Source of the DNA: Malacoraja senta | Lineage: Eukaryota | Length of the DNA: 64,000 nt | Reading direction: 5' to 3' | Assembly: GCA_038087875.1 (NCBI GenBank) | Contig: CM075995.1 | Span: 9,488,001-9,552,000 of the forward strand | Part shown: positions 52,361 through 64,000 of the stretch, piece by piece | Layout: each line of letters begins with the position of its first letter | Numbering within the stretch: the first letter of the stretch is position 1 | Notes under the pieces: generated by a model | Seen by the model: only the letters and a program-made list of their open reading frames with translations | Database searches by the model: none | Told to the model about the DNA's origin: nothing | Position numbers and translations under genes: made by a program

Positions 52361-53756
52361 GCAGGGCCGGCCTTAGGAGGTGCAGGGCCCAATTGGGAAT
52401 TTTTTTTGTAGAAATATAAATAAATAATTATAAATGAGTCATGTGTCGTGAGTAACATGACAATTCGGGGGAGAGTTCCTTTCACAGCGTGTGGGGAGTC
52501 TAGCCAGGGGTAAAGTTGCGAGGATGGAAGGAGCGTTGAGAAGGAGAGGGTCGGTGTTCATGCCAGTAACACTCACTCACCACTGCCACGGCGCTCCGGG
52601 CGCCACCGCATTGTGTCCGGGGAGGGAAGCAGCTCGCCTACGAGCGGCCTCCATCACCGGACAGCGGAACCGACTGCCATCTCAGCGCCTTCTGCCGGCC
52701 CGCTCACCTCTGGCAGTGCTCTCCGTCTGAACAGTGAGGAGACCAGCTCAAGAGCAAAGATCATAGAGCGGAATGGGTCAGCGGGTGATGGATAACATCA
52801 CAGCGGGCGGTGGAGCTTACTCTTGTGTCAGCGTGAACAACGGATCAATTGAGGTTACTCGCACTGACATATGGCTGTCCTGTTATCCATCGCCCGCTGA
52901 CCCGCTCTTGAGCTGGATGATCCCCGGCCGACCCCCTCCTCAAACCTCCTGCCCTCCCCGCAACTTTACCACTGGGCAGACTACCCACATGCTGTGAAAG
53001 GAACTCTCCCCTCTCCCCCCCCCCCCCCCCCCCAGCAGCACTGTCCTTTTTCAGCCACTTCCCACTTTACAGCCGCTTCCCATCAGCTGCTTGCAATGAG
53101 GGATAGACTTGGCTATACCTCAGTACAGCAACATCGTTCTAGATGTTGCTGTACTGAGGGATAACAAAGTCTATCTTTCTTGGCTAACAACCTAACCTTC
53201 GGCCTCCAAGATGCGGGTACATTTTCTAGCAATGTTACAAAATTTTGAGATTTAAAAAATCAAGTCTGCAATTTTATCTAACTCTGAAATTGGAGATAGA
53301 CAAAAGCTGGAGTAGCTCAGCAGGACAGGCAGCTCAGCGACTCTGGAGAGAAGACTCTCTTTCAGACTGAACTGAACTCTCGTCGGTGAGAGTACTTGTG
53401 ATTGTCTGAAGAAGGATCTCGACCAGAACCGCAACCCTCTCCCCAGAGCCCCTGCCCGTCCCGCTGAGCCACCACAGACAGGGAGTTGAAGGTAGACACA
53501 GGGGGGTCCACCTTCAACTTCAGAGCCAAACAAAAAACACAGAGTGCTGGAGGAACTCAGCGGGCAAGGCAGCACCCGCGGAGAGAACATATCACTTATC
53601 AGGAGCCTCCACGGGCCAGGACTCTTCCCACCCCCCCCTCCCCCCAACAGAAAGGAACTGCAGATGCAGCCATCACTGCAAAATGTCTAAGAAGGAACTG
53701 TAGATGCTGGAAAATCAAAGATAGACAAAAATGGTGGAGAAACTCAGCGGGTGTGA

Positions 53757-55926
53757 AGCCCTGTCCCACTGTGCGAGTTCACCCAAGAGCTCTCCCGAGT
53801 TTAAAAAAAATCAAAACTCGTGGTAAACACGTAGAATGAACGTAGTGGGTACGTCGGAGCTTGGGACGTTTCAATAGACAATAAACAATAGGTTCAGGAG
53901 CAGGCCATTTGGCCCTTCGAGCCAGCACCGCCATTCAATGTGAACATGGCTGATCATCCACAATCAGTACCCCATTCCTGCCTTCTCCCCATATCCCCTG
54001 ACTCAGCTATATTTTAAGAGCCCTATCTAGCACTCTCTTGAAAGCATCCAGAGAACCTGCCTCCACCTCCCTCTGAGGCAGAGAATTCCACATTCACCAC
54101 TCTCTGTGAGAAAAAGTGTTTCCTCGTCCCCGTTCTAAATGGCTTACCCCTTATTCTTAAACTGTGGCCCCTGGTTCTGGACTCCCCCAACATCGGGAAC
54201 ATGTTTCCTGCCTCTAGCATGTCCAAGCCCTTAACAAATCTTATATGTTTCAATGAAATGCCCTCTCATCCTTCTAAACTCAAAAGTGTACAAGCCCAGC
54301 TGCTCCATTCTCTCAGCATATGACAGTCCCACCATCCCGGGAATTAACCTTGTAAATCTACGCTGCACTCCCTCAATAGCAAGAATGTCCTTCCTCAAAT
54401 TAGGGGACCAAAATGGCACAATACTCCAGGTGCGGTCTCACTAGAACTCTGTACAAATGCAGAAGGAACTCTTTGCTCCTATATGCGATTACTCCTGTTA
54501 TAAAGGCCAACATGCCATTTCTTAGTGCTAACGGCAGGTACTCGGGAAACGTGGTAACTCGTGAAGATTTTTCAACATGTTGAAAAATGTCCACATGTAA
54601 AATATACTCGGGATGTAAAAATTTGATACTTTTTAACACATAGTCATACCTTAGTAGCTCGTGAGTTTACCGTAGTAGGACCTGGTGTCATATATCACTA
54701 TTGTATGTTCATGATGGAAATAAGAATACTCTGTATATTCATTACCTTTGAATTGTAGTTTTATGTAATCCTCCCATGATTTCTGTTCCATTTCACAATA
54801 TCTATCAGACATACAGAATGTTGCAAGGTAATATCTTGCCCAAACTCAGTTGTATGTTTCTATCTCAATAAATATCACAAAATATGCCATTGTTTCAGCC
54901 ACATTATGACAAAATATAGAATGTAGGGTATTTGTTATCAGAAATTCCATCCCAGAAACAACAGTACTTAAAGAACATTTATTTTACTAATTTACAAGCA
55001 TGTACCATAGGTTGATCCATATCCAACAAAATGTGATAATTGCATAAAATGTATTATTGTCTAAGAAATTTGGTGTGGAATGATAATCCATCTCAGTACT
55101 CATTTAGGCAAGTCCCAAACCATAGATACTTTTCCCCCACCCCCAGTCCCCCTCGCACGATCTTCATTGAACCTACCATTTGACTAATCTTTTACTCAGC
55201 TGCTGTAACGTTTCCTTCCTATCAAAATCTCTGTGTAGCATCTCTGTCCCTCTCTTCCAATTCCCACTTTGAAATAAAATACAACTTTCGACAAAAATTT
55301 CGCAGCAGGATCGCAACATAAATACAAATATATGGTATTTTATCCTAGCATTCCCCCCCCCCCCCCTCCCCACCACACAAGAAGCGTTACTTGAAGCGTT
55401 TACATTTGCAGAAGTTCGATACGGACCAGGAATGAAAATTAATAGCTATGAATCGATTAACAGTGAGCTGCGAGGTTAGATTGAAACACCTGTCAGAGGA
55501 CTAAGAAACAATCCTGAGTTGGCGGCGTATTGTTTTAAGTGAGCATTTTGCAGCGACCTCGCCATATTCTGGTTAAATATTCTTTCCACGGAAATCTCCT
55601 ATTTCACTTTGAAATTATATTCAATTATAACCGTTTGTAACATCAGTAACCACCTTAATGGTTTGTGCGTTTAGTACCGGGTATGCTTGAAACTATTTAT
55701 TGTAATGTACTGTATCTTTAAAAAAAAACTATATCAACCAGGTGTGAAAATTACACTGAATCGAACGATGATTGAAAATGCGTGGGAATGGACTAATCGT
55801 GATCCTGCTGCGAAATGTTTAAGTCGAAAACTGTATTTTATTTCAAAGTGGGAATTTGAAGATGGGGACAGAGATGCTACCAGAGATTTTAAGCTCTTGT
55901 GTGAACTCGCACAGTGGGACAGGGCT
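53757..55926. mobile_element. Non-autonomous PIF/Harbinger-type DNA transposon
   Basis: 35-bp TIRs AGCCCTGTCCCACTGTGCGAGTTCAC(C/A)CAAGAGCT; 3-bp TSD TGA at 53754-53756 and 55927-55929. Confidence 0.85.
53872..54520 (-). mobile_element. CR1 3' fragment nested in the Harbinger element
   Basis: Same family as 2147-2660; (CTATTGT)-type tail. Confidence 0.88.
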
Positions 55927-56269
55927 TGAGGCAGCATCTATGGAGTGAAGGAAATAGCCGGGTCTGAAGAAGGGTCTCGACCTGAAACGTTGCATATTTC
56001 CTTCGCTCCATAGATGCTGCCTCACCCGCTAACTTTCTCCAGCATTTTTGTATACCGCAAAACGTCAATGATTCCGGGAATGCCGAGAGAGCTAGAGAGG
56101 GGTGGGGAACGGGAGAGAGAGAGAGCACGGGGGAGAGAGAGCGCGCGAGAGAGAGAGGGAGGGAGAGAGCGAAAACAGAGAGACACATCGTGGGTATGTA
56201 AGTAAATTGAATGACTAACCTGCACACCAAGTATGTCACCAAGAAGAAGTTCTCAATCATAGAAGTTCT

Positions 56270-59137
56270 CATAGAGAATAACAAGGGGAAAAAAACACTA
56301 GTGGGTGTAATTTATAGACCTCCAAATAGCTGTGACGCTGTTAGTCAGAACATAAATCTGCAAATAGTTGACGCATGTAAAAAGGGAACTGCTGTAATCA
56401 TGGGGGACTTCAATTTTCATATTAATTGGGCAAACCAAACTGGGCAGGGTAGACTAGAGGAAGAGTTTATAGAATGTATTAGAGACGGGTTCCTAGAACA
56501 GTATGTCACAGAACCGACAAGGACGGAGGCAATCTTGGATCTGGTCCTGTGTAATGAAGCAGGATTAATTAAAAATGTCATAGTTAGGTACTCGTTGGGA
56601 ACAAGTGACCACAATATGGTCGAATTCCATATTCAAATAGAAGGGGAGCAGGTTGAAACTCAGGCTAGGGTACTTAGTCTAAATAAGGGGGATTATGAAG
56701 GTATGAGGACTGAGCTGATCAAAGTTGACTGGGATAGCAGACTCAAGAATAAGACGGTACATGAGCAGTGGTGTACGTTTAAGGATCTACTGTATAACCT
56801 TCAAGAAAAATTTATTCCTATGAAGAAAAAAAGGGGTAAGGGGAAGAACAGTCAGCCATGGCTCAGTAAAACTATAAAGGATAGTATTCGGCTGAAGGCA
56901 AGGGCATATAAGGTAGCTAGAGATAGTGGGAGGGTAGAGGATTGGGAAGCATTTAAAGGTCAGCAAAAAATAACTAAGAGATTAATTAAGACGGGGAAAA
57001 TAGACTATGAAAGGAATTTAGCGAACAACATAAAAACTAATAGTAAGAGTTTTTATAGCTATATAAAAAGAAAAAGGGTGGCTAAGGTGAACGTTGGTCC
57101 ATTGGAGGGTGAGACTGGAGAGTTGTTGGTGGGGAACATGGAAATGGCAAAGGCATTAAACGAGTATTTTGTATCAGTCTTCACCATAGAAGACACAAAA
57201 AATATTCCAACGCTGGATAAACAGGGGGCGGTAGGAATGGAGGAGCTAAATACTATTAAGATCACCAAGGAGGTGGTATTAGGGAAATTAATGAGACTGA
57301 AGGAGGATAAATCCCCTGGGCCTGATGGATTACATCCAAGGGTCTTGAGGGAGATAGCGGTGGGGATTGTGGATGCATTGGTGATAATTTTCCAAAACTC
57401 CCTGGAGGCAGGAACGGTCCCAGTGGATTGGAAAATGGCCAATGTAACACCTATATTTAAAAAAGGAAGTAAACAGAAGGCGGGTAACTATAGACCGGTT
57501 AGTCTAACATCGGTGGTGGGTAAAATGTTAGAGACAATTATTAAAGAAACACTAACGGGGCACTTGGATAAACATGACTTCATCGGACAGAACCAGCATG
57601 GTTTTGTGAAGGGGAAGTCCTGTTTAACGAATCTGCTCGAATTCTTTGAGGAAGTAACAACCCGGGTGGATAAAGGGGAACCGGTGGATGTGGTATACTT
57701 GGACTTCCAAAAGGCTTTTGACAAGGTGCCACATAAGAGACTATTGCTAAAAATAAAAAATTATGGGATTGGGGGTAATATATTAGCATGGGTAGAGGAT
57801 TGGCTAACAAATAGGAAGCAGAGAGTGGGGATAAATGGTTCATACTCGGGATGGCAACCGGTAACTAGCGGGGTTCCGCAAGGGTCGGTGCTGGGACCCC
57901 AGTTGTTCACAATTTATATAAATGATTTGGAGGAGGGAACCAAGTGTAATATATCAAAATTTGCGGACGATACAAAAATGGGAGGAAAAGTAGGGGATGA
58001 GGAGGATAGGAAGAGTCTGCAAAAGGATATAGATAAGCTAGGTGAGTGGGCAACAACTTGGCAGATGAAATTTAATACTAATAAATGTGAAGTCATTCAC
58101 TTTGGGAAAAAAAATGATAGGGCAAGTTATTTTCTAAATGAGGTGGAGCTGCGTTGTAATGCAACGCAAAGGGATCTAGGGGTAGTAGTACATGAATCAC
58201 TAAAAGTTAGTATGCAGGTGCAGCAAGCAATCAGGAAGGCCAATGGAGTTTTGGCCTTTATTGCTAGGGGGATTGAGTATAAAAACACGGAGGTCTTGCT
58301 GCAGCTGTACACAGTATTAGTGAGACCACATTTGGAATACTGTGTACAGTTCTGGGGTCCATACTTAAGAAAGGATGTACTGGCCCTGGAGGCAGTGCAG
58401 CGAAGGTTTACAAGATTAATTCCTGCAATGAGGGGATTGACATATGAGGAAAGGTTAAGTAGGCTGGAACTCTACTCTTTGGAGTTTAGAAGAATGAGAG
58501 GCGATCTCATTGAAACATATAAGATCGTGAGGGGCCTTGATCGGGTGGATGCACCGAGGATGTTCCCAATGATCGGGGAAACTAGAACTAGGGGACATAG
58601 TTGTAGAATAAGAGGGGGCTCTTTTAAAACTGAGATGAGGAAGAACTTCTTCACCCAGAGGGTGGTTAATTTATGGAATTCACTGCCCCAGGGAGCAGTG
58701 GAAGCAGAAACATTAAATATATTTAAGTCTAAAATAGATGGTTTTTTAGCTGCCAAGGGGATAAGGGGCTACGGGGAGAGGGCAGGGATATGGACCTAGG
58801 TATGGTTAGTATAGTAAGACCTGAGTGATCTCCTGGACAAGTGTCGATCGCCTGGATTGGGGTCGGAGAGGAATTTCCCGGATTTTTTTCCCGAATTGGA
58901 CCTGGGTTTTTATCCGGTTTTTTGCCTCCCCCAGGAGATCACGCGGTTCTTGGGGTGGAGAGGGGTGATAGCGATATAAAGGGGAGGGTAGTGTCTTGTG
59001 TTCTGTGTCTTGTGTCTACTGTTTGTGGGTAAGGGTGTCTGTTTAGTGTTCAGCCATGAGCGAATGGCGGTGCGGGCTCGATGGGCCTGGTGGTCTACTC
59101 TCGCGCCTACTTTCTATGTTTCTATGTTTCTATGTTT
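56270..59137 (+). mobile_element. Young 5'-truncated CR1 LINE with uninterrupted ORF2 (to 58799)
   Basis: 862-aa frame: [38 protein letters not shown]; (TTTCTATG)n tail. Confidence 0.95.
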
Positions 59138-59445
59138 CATGATGGTGAGTTTTAAGAAATTCTCAATGTGTCATTAATGCATCAATCTACATTCCTCAGT
59201 AAAATGTAATTATGTTTTGAAGAGGTGTTAATAATGTATTCAAAGGAACGCAGCATCATTAATACTTCTAAAACACAATTACACATTTACTGAGGAATGT
59301 GGATCGATGCATTGATGATGCATTGGATAACTACTTATTAACTATGGGCTGTTAACACATCGTTTGTGTCTGATGACCGTACAGCGCTTGTATTCCATGT
59401 ACAAAACCATGTAAGGTTTGTAAAAAAATCCGTATGGCGAATGTT

Positions 59446-62400
59446 TTTTAAAAAAATCTTTATTTTTTTATTTTTTATTTATACTTTTATTTTATTAGAA
59501 GTACAATTGTATACAATCATATTTTCATAATACATTTTATGTACAGCTTCTTATTTTTTTATTATAGTAAAGAGGAAAAATAAAAATAAATTAGATAATA
59601 AAGTATAGAAAAACGTGATATATATAGTGTGTGCAGAAGAATAGAGAATGAAAGAAGAAAGTTAAAGAGTAGAAAATAGGAAAAAGAGAGTAAAAGAAAA
59701 AAGGAAGAAAAAGAAAAAAGAAGTAAGGAGATCTTATTTATAATCTTGAACATCCCTCGCCCAGTCACGAGACAGTTAGCTTTTACAATTGTGTTGCACC
59801 ATATGATTCCAAAAAGACGACAAATGGAGACCAACTCGTTAGGAATTGGTCAGATTTATCTATTAGGAGGAATCTCATTTCCTCAAGATGCGCGGTGTCC
59901 AACATACTTGCAATCCACATTTTGAGCGTTGGTATTGGTGTATTTTTCCAAAATTTTAGTATTAATTTTTTGGCAATTATTAAACTATAATTAAAAAATA
60001 ATTTTTGAGATGGATTCAATTTATTCTCATCTTCCATTACCCCAAATATAATCAATTCATTATTAGGTTCCATTTTTATTTTAAATAATTTTGTAAATAT
60101 TTTGAAAATATCACTCCAGAATCTATAAAGTTTTATACAGGAAACAAAAGAGTGTGTTATAGTTGCGTTTTGGGTTAAACACTTATCGCAAGTGGGGGAT
60201 ATATTTGGATAGAATTTATTTAATCTTGTTTTTGAATAATATAATCTATGTAACATTTTAAATTGAATTAGATTATGTCTTGCATTAATCGAACATTTGT
60301 GAATGTATATCAAATACTTTTCCCATGTAACCTTTGTCATTTTTATCAAAAATTCCCGTTCCCACTCTTCTCTAAGTACCTCTGTTGCTGGTAGGTCTAT
60401 ATTTAAAATACTATTATATAAATATGATATTAATTTTTGTGCATCAGCTTTAATATTCATTGCTTCTTCCAATAAATCAGGAGTTATTTTTTGATAGTAT
60501 GTATTTCTTCAAGAAATCGCAAATCTGAAGATATTTAAAATAATTGTTGTTTTTCAATTTAAATTTTAATTGTAATTGTAATTGTTGAAATGATAATAAA
60601 TTTCCCATTTCATACATATCCCCGATCCTTTTAATTCCTAAACTTTCCCATTGATTATATGTTTTGTCCATACGAGATGGTTTAAATAAAGGATTATTCG
60701 CTATTGGTATTAACAATGATAGGTTTCTTAATTTTAAGGATAATTTTATGTGTTTCCATATTCTTATTGTATCATGTATGATTGGGTTCTTATATATTGT
60801 ATTGTTCAGTTTTTTCGGGGAGAAGAGGATCGTTCCTATATTACAAGGAAAACAATCCTCTTTCTCCATTTTTATCTATACTGTCTGTTGGGTAGAACTA
60901 TCCAACAGTAAATTATATTCTTAATATGTATTGCCCAATAATAATACAGAAAATTTGGGAGTGAAAGTCCCCCTACATCTTTTGGTTTACATAAGTGTTC
61001 TTTTTTAATTCTATGTGATTTATAATCCCAAATAAAATTAGTAATATTAGAGTCTAATTTTTTTTTAAATATTTTGGTATATACTGAAATAGGTATAATA
61101 GTTGTGGTAGAAAGATCATGTTTATAGCATTTATTCTACCTATTAATGATAAAGGGTTTTCCAAAATTTAATCAGTATATTAAGTTTGTTTAATAAAGGT
61201 ATAAAATTAGCATTGAATAAATCTTTATGTTTTCTAGTAATCTGAATACCCAGATATTTAAATTTTTCTGTTGCCATTTTAAAGGGGAACTTCAATAAGT
61301 GTGTAGGTACTTGAGGTTTTAACGTCATGATTTCACTTTTATTCCAATTTATTCTATATCCAGAAAAGGACCCAAATTCCTCTATTAAGTTTAATAAATT
61401 TGGTATGCTCGTTTGTGATTTTGTAATATATAAAAGAATATCGTATATGCATATAATGAAATTTTATTATTCGAGTCCCTAGTATTATAACCCTGAATAT
61501 TCGGATGACTTCTTTTACTTTCAGCCAAAGGTTCTATCATAAGGGCGAATAGCAGGAGTGATAATGCACATCCCTGCCTATTACCCCTTGATAATTGAAA
61601 TTTTTGAGATAACATATTATTAGTTAATATTCTTGCCATCGGTTTATCATATAATAATTTCACCCATGTAATAAAATTCTCTCCCATATTAAATTTTTGC
61701 AATACTTTGTATAAATACTGCCATTCTACCTGATCAAATGCATTCTCTGTGTCCAAAGAAATAATTGATATATCTTCTTCCTCCACTTTATGCGAGTACA
61801 TTATATTAAACAAGCGTCTCAAATTATTAAATGAATATCTTTTGGGTATAAACCCCGTTTGATCAGGGTTTATCAATTTACTAATATATTTGCTTAGTCT
61901 TCTGGCTAAAGTCTTTGCTAGAATTTTCTGATCTGTATTTAAAAGTGATATAGCTCTATATGAGCCCGGATCCTCTAGATCTTTATCTTTTTTTGGAATA
62001 AGCGTAATAGTTGATTCTGCTAATGTTCAGGTAGTTTATTTTCTTTAAAAGCGTGAGTATATAAATTAAATAAATAAGGAGTTGTTATCTCATGAAATTT
62101 TTAATAAAATTCATTACTAAAACCGTCTGGTCCGTCTTACCATTTTTCAACGATTTTATTGTTTCACCTATTTATTCGATTGTAATTTGCGCTCCAAGTT
62201 ACTCTTGTTCCAAAAGGTAAAGTTTTGGAAGATTACAATTATCAAAAAATAAAATTATTTTACTATCTTCTATTTTAGTTTTTGATGTATATAAATGTTG
62301 ATAAAATTGAGCAAATCTTTTATTAATATCTTTAGGCAGTATTAGTAATTCACCATTCTCTGATTTAATTTTATTTATAGTATTTTCTTTTTCTTGTTTT

Positions 62401-64000
62401 TTCAGTTGACGAGCTAACAGCTTATGTGGTTTGTCACCAAACTCAAAATGTTCCTGTTTTGTAATTTGGAATAATCTTATTACTTTTGCCGATAGAATTC
62501 GATTAAGTTTAAATTTCAGTAATATCTTATTATGTTTATCTATAGTGGGATCTTTAGCATTATCTAACTCTAACTGTCTAATTTCTTGTTCTAGCAACAT
62601 TTGTTCTGTCTTATTCTTTTTATTTTGAAAAATTTCGTATGAAATAATAATTCCTCTAATAAATGCCTTAAAACTTTCCCATAATAAAGAAGGCGAGGTA
62701 CCTGGCATATCATTTGTATCAAAGAAAAGTTTCATTTGTTGTTTTAAATATTGATAACCTTGTATGTCATTTAAAATATGGATATTAAACCTCCAAAAAA
62801 ATTGTTTACCCGGCATTCCCTCGAATTTTACTGAAAATGTCAATGGGGAGTGATCAGAAATACTACTAATGTGGTATGTTGGATTAATTGTATATGGCAT
62901 TAATTTCATATCCACTAAAAAATAATCAATTCTTGAATAAGTTTTATGTACCGAAGAGTAAAACGAGTATTCCCTTCCAGCTGGATTAGCAGATCTCCAT
63001 ACATCTACTATATTAGTATTTTTTATAATGTATTTAAAAGTTCACTAGTCTTAGAATTTAAATTGCTCCTCTTTTGTTTTACTGATTTGTCTAGATATGG
63101 ATCTAAAACACAATTGAAGTCCCCTCCTATTATCACATTCTGATAATTAACTCTGATATTATATCTATAATTTTATCAAAATATTTGGGGTTGTCAAAGT
63201 TCAGAGCGTAAATATTTATTATAGTTAGTGGGGTTGCATAAATTTCTCCCGAAACTATAATATACCTTCCCTCTTTATCCGATATAGTATTCTTTAAATT
63301 AAAAGGTATACCTTTTCGGATAAGAATAGCCATACCTCTAGATTTAGAAGTAAATGACAAGTAGTACGTTTGGCCTATCCACTTCGCCTTTAATCTCATT
63401 TGTGTTTGTTGTTTCATGCGAGTTTCCTGTAAAAACATTATGTCGCTGTTCATAGATTTTAGTTGAGCAAAAATGTTACCCCTCTTAATTGGTTCATTGG
63501 CACCCCTTATATTCCAACTACAGAATGTAATTCCTCCATTCTTTATTTGTTTATCGTCTTTCATTATATATCAAACTAATATTCCTGAATCATATGGTGC
63601 AACCAAATACTTCCGAGTTCTGGGCGTTGGGTGGTCATGCCAAATGTTTAGATTTATATAGCATCTCCTTCTTGTGCAGTGCCTTTGAAAAAGAAAAGAA
63701 AGATGTGATATAAAATTGATTACAAAATTATTGTGCGAATAAAATTCTTTATAGTGAAGGAAAAAAAAGTGCTCTTAAGATATCTAAGAAAAGATATCTT
63801 AAAGACGAATGGCCACCTAAGGTGGTGAAAAATTTATAGACTTCCGTTGATGATGTTAAACATTGAGCTCCAACTCCTTAATAGATCCTCATAAAAAAAA
63901 CTACAGATCATTACATATTTTATCTTTGCTTATATAAATTTATCAAACTAGCCCCAATAAAAACCGAAAAAAATTAACAAAAAATCCAAAAAATCAAAGC
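59446..64000 (-). mobile_element. L1-clade LINE, disrupted ORF2, same family as 25033-31032; runs off the window
   Basis: Colinear APE, RT and CCHC peptides and similar 3' UTR and spacer. Confidence 0.93.

Larger units (their letters stand above)
53685..56053. mobile_element. Penelope-derived inverted pseudo-LTR pair, split by the Harbinger element
   Basis: 53726-53756 joined to 55930-55957 is the reverse complement of 55994-56050; hammerhead-like motif at 55964-55992. Confidence 0.7.

Noticed and set aside
52362..53280. hAT-like element starting CAGGGCCGGCC
   Set aside because: No matching right TIR or TSD found; left unclassified

Overview
Eukaryotic, almost entirely transposon-derived DNA. 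The repeat repertoire (many CR1 families, a V-SINE, Rex1, fish-type L1, Penelope-derived elements) points to a cartilaginous fish, probably a skate or ray; this is an inference. No intact host gene is present. The only recognisable host coding relic is a frameshifted F-type lectin (fucolectin) exon at 34807-35059. The window is a stack of nested insertions, many with readable junctions. (1) A DIRS1-type tyrosine-recombinase retrotransposon (38233-52055) has complete terminal architecture: inverted terminal repeats, an internal complementary region (ICR) and an ATT crossover triplet. It is split by two L1s and a CR1. (2) A Tf1/sushi-type chromovirus (23953-33940) has paired LTRs, a self-priming PBS and an RT/RNase H deletion, and is split by an L1 that contains a CR1. 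(3) Two related non-autonomous Helitrons (5263-6815, 19616-20767) have amplified different internal minisatellite modules. (4) There are Harbinger-type foldback elements and Penelope relics with minimal hammerhead-ribozyme motifs. (5) A CR1 arrived with about 430 bp of foreign 5' sequence. A 200-N assembly gap lies at 4172-4371. All calls come from reading by eye, and boundaries of old degenerate repeats are approximate.
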